DNA from: Macrostomum hystrix
Taxonomy: Eukaryota > Animalia > Platyhelminthes
Direction: 5' to 3'
Assembly: GCA_950097015.1 (NCBI GenBank)
Contig: CATNEN010000039.1
Location: forward strand, 2,480,001 to 2,544,000
DNA length: 64,000 bases
Notes under the pieces: model-generated
Seen by the model: the letters and a program-made list of their open reading frames with translations, nothing else
Told to the model about the DNA's origin: nothing
Databases searched by the model: none
Shown here: positions 61,400 through 64,000 of the stretch, one piece after another
How positions within the stretch are numbered: position 1 is the first letter of the stretch
How the letters are laid out: every line of letters begins with the position of its first letter
Position numbers and translations under genes: made by a program

Positions 61400-61900
61400 C
61401 GCACAGCTATGTACATCTGCCCTTGACTTTCTTATCATCAGGCAGTGTACACTCACTTTTGCAAGTTGGCCCTCAAGGACCGAAAATGCATGACAAGCCC
61501 CAAGCCTTCTCTCTGCAGCTATGCCCCAGATGGATTTTGTCTAGAGTCTTTAAACTGCAGATTCAAGCTCAGGGACCTTTGTGCAGAGTTGGGTGTTAGG
61601 CCATTTTCCACTCCCCCCACCCAATACACGTATTCCTAATAAGCTCATTTTTGCACTAATAAAAACTAATAAAAATGCTAAGATTTACATGCATGCAATC
61701 AAAATGGTGACTGTCTATGGTAGTTGGTTTGCCATACAAATAGAAAGTGTTTGAGTAAGACTTAAAGGTTGGGGGTTTGTTCTCTGACTCCTTTTGATTT
61801 TTATTGCTTTAGTTTGCTCACCCAGTTGTTAAATTGTTATCAGCATCAGCTGGGATGAGGGTTGGTATTGAATCCCTAGTCTAAGGACTGAACAGCCTAT
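61400..61900. mobile_element. Decayed SINE B (61400-61520) and SINE A (61720-61900) copies
   Basis: Matches to 26125-26235 and 31060-31255 respectively. Confidence 0.55.
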
Positions 61901-62719
61901 TATTGACTAATAGAACTAAAATACAGATCTAATCTAGTCTACAATCAAAATATAGCTAATAAGTACATGACAAACATATTGTACTGGGCACAGGATCGAC
62001 AAATAATATGCCTGCTGGTGTTAAACTTGATGTTTAAATGGTTTAAAATTGTGATAACATGAGCTTATGTTGCAAATAAACTAAATCAAAATGATTTATA
62101 ACTATCTGCTGTTTTGACTACATATGGAAATTTTAGTATTTCAATATACAGTTGAGATATTAACTATCCATTATGCTAACCGGAAAGAATGTGCATTTTT
62201 ATAGCTTTTTTCTTTGCATTACTCGTATACTTTCTAAAGTAGCTATCAGCAGATTTTTTATCTAATCTGAATTTGTTTTGAGTGTATTAGAAGCCAGCAA
62301 AGGTCACTGACCATCTAATTTGTAAACATGTTGTCAGCTGTTTGTACTATTATAATTTTGCTTTTTATGTTTAATTACATATAATTTAGCCTGACATTTA
62401 GCAACAGTGATAGAAACAACTCTGTCTAATCTTATATTTTTCAATAGCATGTTAAACATGAATATATATAAATTTTATATTTTGGTTTCATATTTCTGGC
62501 TATGCAATAAAACTGGCTTTCATTACCTTAGCTCATGCCCCATGTTTTCTATTTTGTCCGATGAGTATGCCCTATTTCTCATGTTTCTCAAAGTCCTAAC
62601 TCCTAAGTTTCATTTCCTGGGTTCGGTACATAAGGTTAAGTACCTAGCCCTTAAATTAATGATTTTAGTGGACGGTCTGGTAGCCATGGGGAAGTCCTGT
62701 CTAAGGAACTAGGCTGGAT

Positions 62720-63852
62720 GGCCCACAAACCGTCTACCCCAGTTCCTCATCTGCAAGGCTACCCACAAACCATCCACCCTAGTTCCTCATCTGCAAGGCT
62801 ACCCACAGACCATCTACCCCAGTTCCTCATCTCCAAGGCTACCCACAAACCATCCACCCCAGTTCCTCATCTGCAAGGCTACCCATAAACAAACCATCTA
62901 CCCCAGTTCCTCATCTGCAAGGCTACCCACAAACCATCTACCCCAGTTCCTCATCTGCAAGGCTACCCACAAACCATCTACCCCAGTTCCTCATCTGCAA
63001 GGCTACCCACAAACCATCTACCCCAGTTCCTCATCTGCAAGGCTACCCATAAACAAACCATCTACCCCAGTTCCTCATCTGCAAGGCTACCCATAAACAA
63101 ACCATCCACCCCAGTTCCTCATCTGCAAGGCTACCCATAAACAAACCATCTACCCCAGTTCCTTATCTGCAAGGCTACCCATAAACAAACCATCCACCCC
63201 AGTTCCTCATCTGCAAGGCTACCCATAAACAAACCATCTACCCCAGTTCCTCATCTGCAAGGCTACCCATAAACAAACCATCTACCCCAGTTCCTCATCT
63301 GCAAGGCTACCCATAAACCATCTACCCCAGTTCCTCATCTGCAAGGCTACCCACAAACCATCTACCCCAGTTCCTCATCTGCAAGGCTACCCACAAACAA
63401 ACCATCCATCCCAATTCCTCATCTTCAAGGCTACCCACAAACCATCTACCCCAGTTCCTCATCTGCAAGGCTACCCACAAGCCATCTACCCCAGTTCCTC
63501 ATGTCTCATGTTTCAAAGGTGAAGACACCTTTGAAACACCTGAGAAAACAGTTCCTCATCCACCCACATATACCCACAAACCATCCACCCCAGTTCCTCA
63601 TCTGCAAGGCTACCCACAAACCATCCACCCCAGTTCCTCATCTGCAAGGCTACCCATAAACAAACCATCTACCCCAGTTCCTCATCTGCAAGGCTACCCA
63701 TAAACCATCCACCCCAGTTCCTCATCTGCAAGGCTACCCACAAACCATCCACCCCAGTTCCTCATCTGCAAGGCTACCCACAAACCATCTACCCCAGTTC
63801 CTCATCTGCAAGGCTACCCACAAACAAACCATCCACCCCAGTTCCTCATCTG
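62720..63852. repeat. 40/44-bp minisatellite
   Basis: Unit CCCCAGTTCCTCATCTGCAAGGCTACCCACAAACCATCTA. Confidence 0.95.
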
Positions 63853-64000
63853 GGGAGGTGGAAAGGTAGGTAGCCACGGTGGGTGTTAACAGGAACGTTT
63901 ACGTGAAAGATTCGCCAGGAAGAAATGTACAGCAAAAATCAACTGCAAAACATTCTTAATAATTTTTCACAGAAGCCCGCGGCCTGGCCAGACTCACCCG

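Noticed and set aside
62720-63852. Satellite derived from a CORE-SINE (CAGTTCCTCATCTG resembles the MIR core)
   Set aside because: The match is only about 14 nt and differs from the local SINE core, so it could be chance.

Overview
This is eukaryotic (metazoan) genomic DNA, probably from a free-living flatworm such as Macrostomum. That assignment is an inference from GC/CpG-rich exons, introns packed with minisatellites, and a flatworm-type GPx active site (NVACKUGAT). I assembled the gene models by hand from GT/GC-AG boundaries, and every complete multi-exon model closes in frame. In order the window holds: a dead Merlin/IS1595 transposase; an intronless ELAV/Hu-like gene; an 11-exon 1138-aa HAD-HAD-choline dehydrogenase fusion (minus); a head-to-head selenoprotein PHGPx with in-frame TGA and SECIS (plus); an 8-exon EGF-less Delta/DSL-like membrane protein (minus); an orphan secreted protein; eIF3L; threonyl-tRNA synthetase; a decayed LINE; and the last exon of a probable methyltransferase. 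There are about 20 satellite arrays, two tRNA-SINE families and several MITEs with TSDs. The main leads are: (1) the mitochondrial HAD-HAD-CHDH protein, whose linker looks like an internal MPP cleavage site (RRSY/ST), suggesting a polyprotein for phosphocholine to choline to betaine aldehyde; (2) TARS with two alternative splice acceptors and ATGs that would give mitochondrial versus cytosolic enzyme; (3) a minimal Notch-ligand-like protein.
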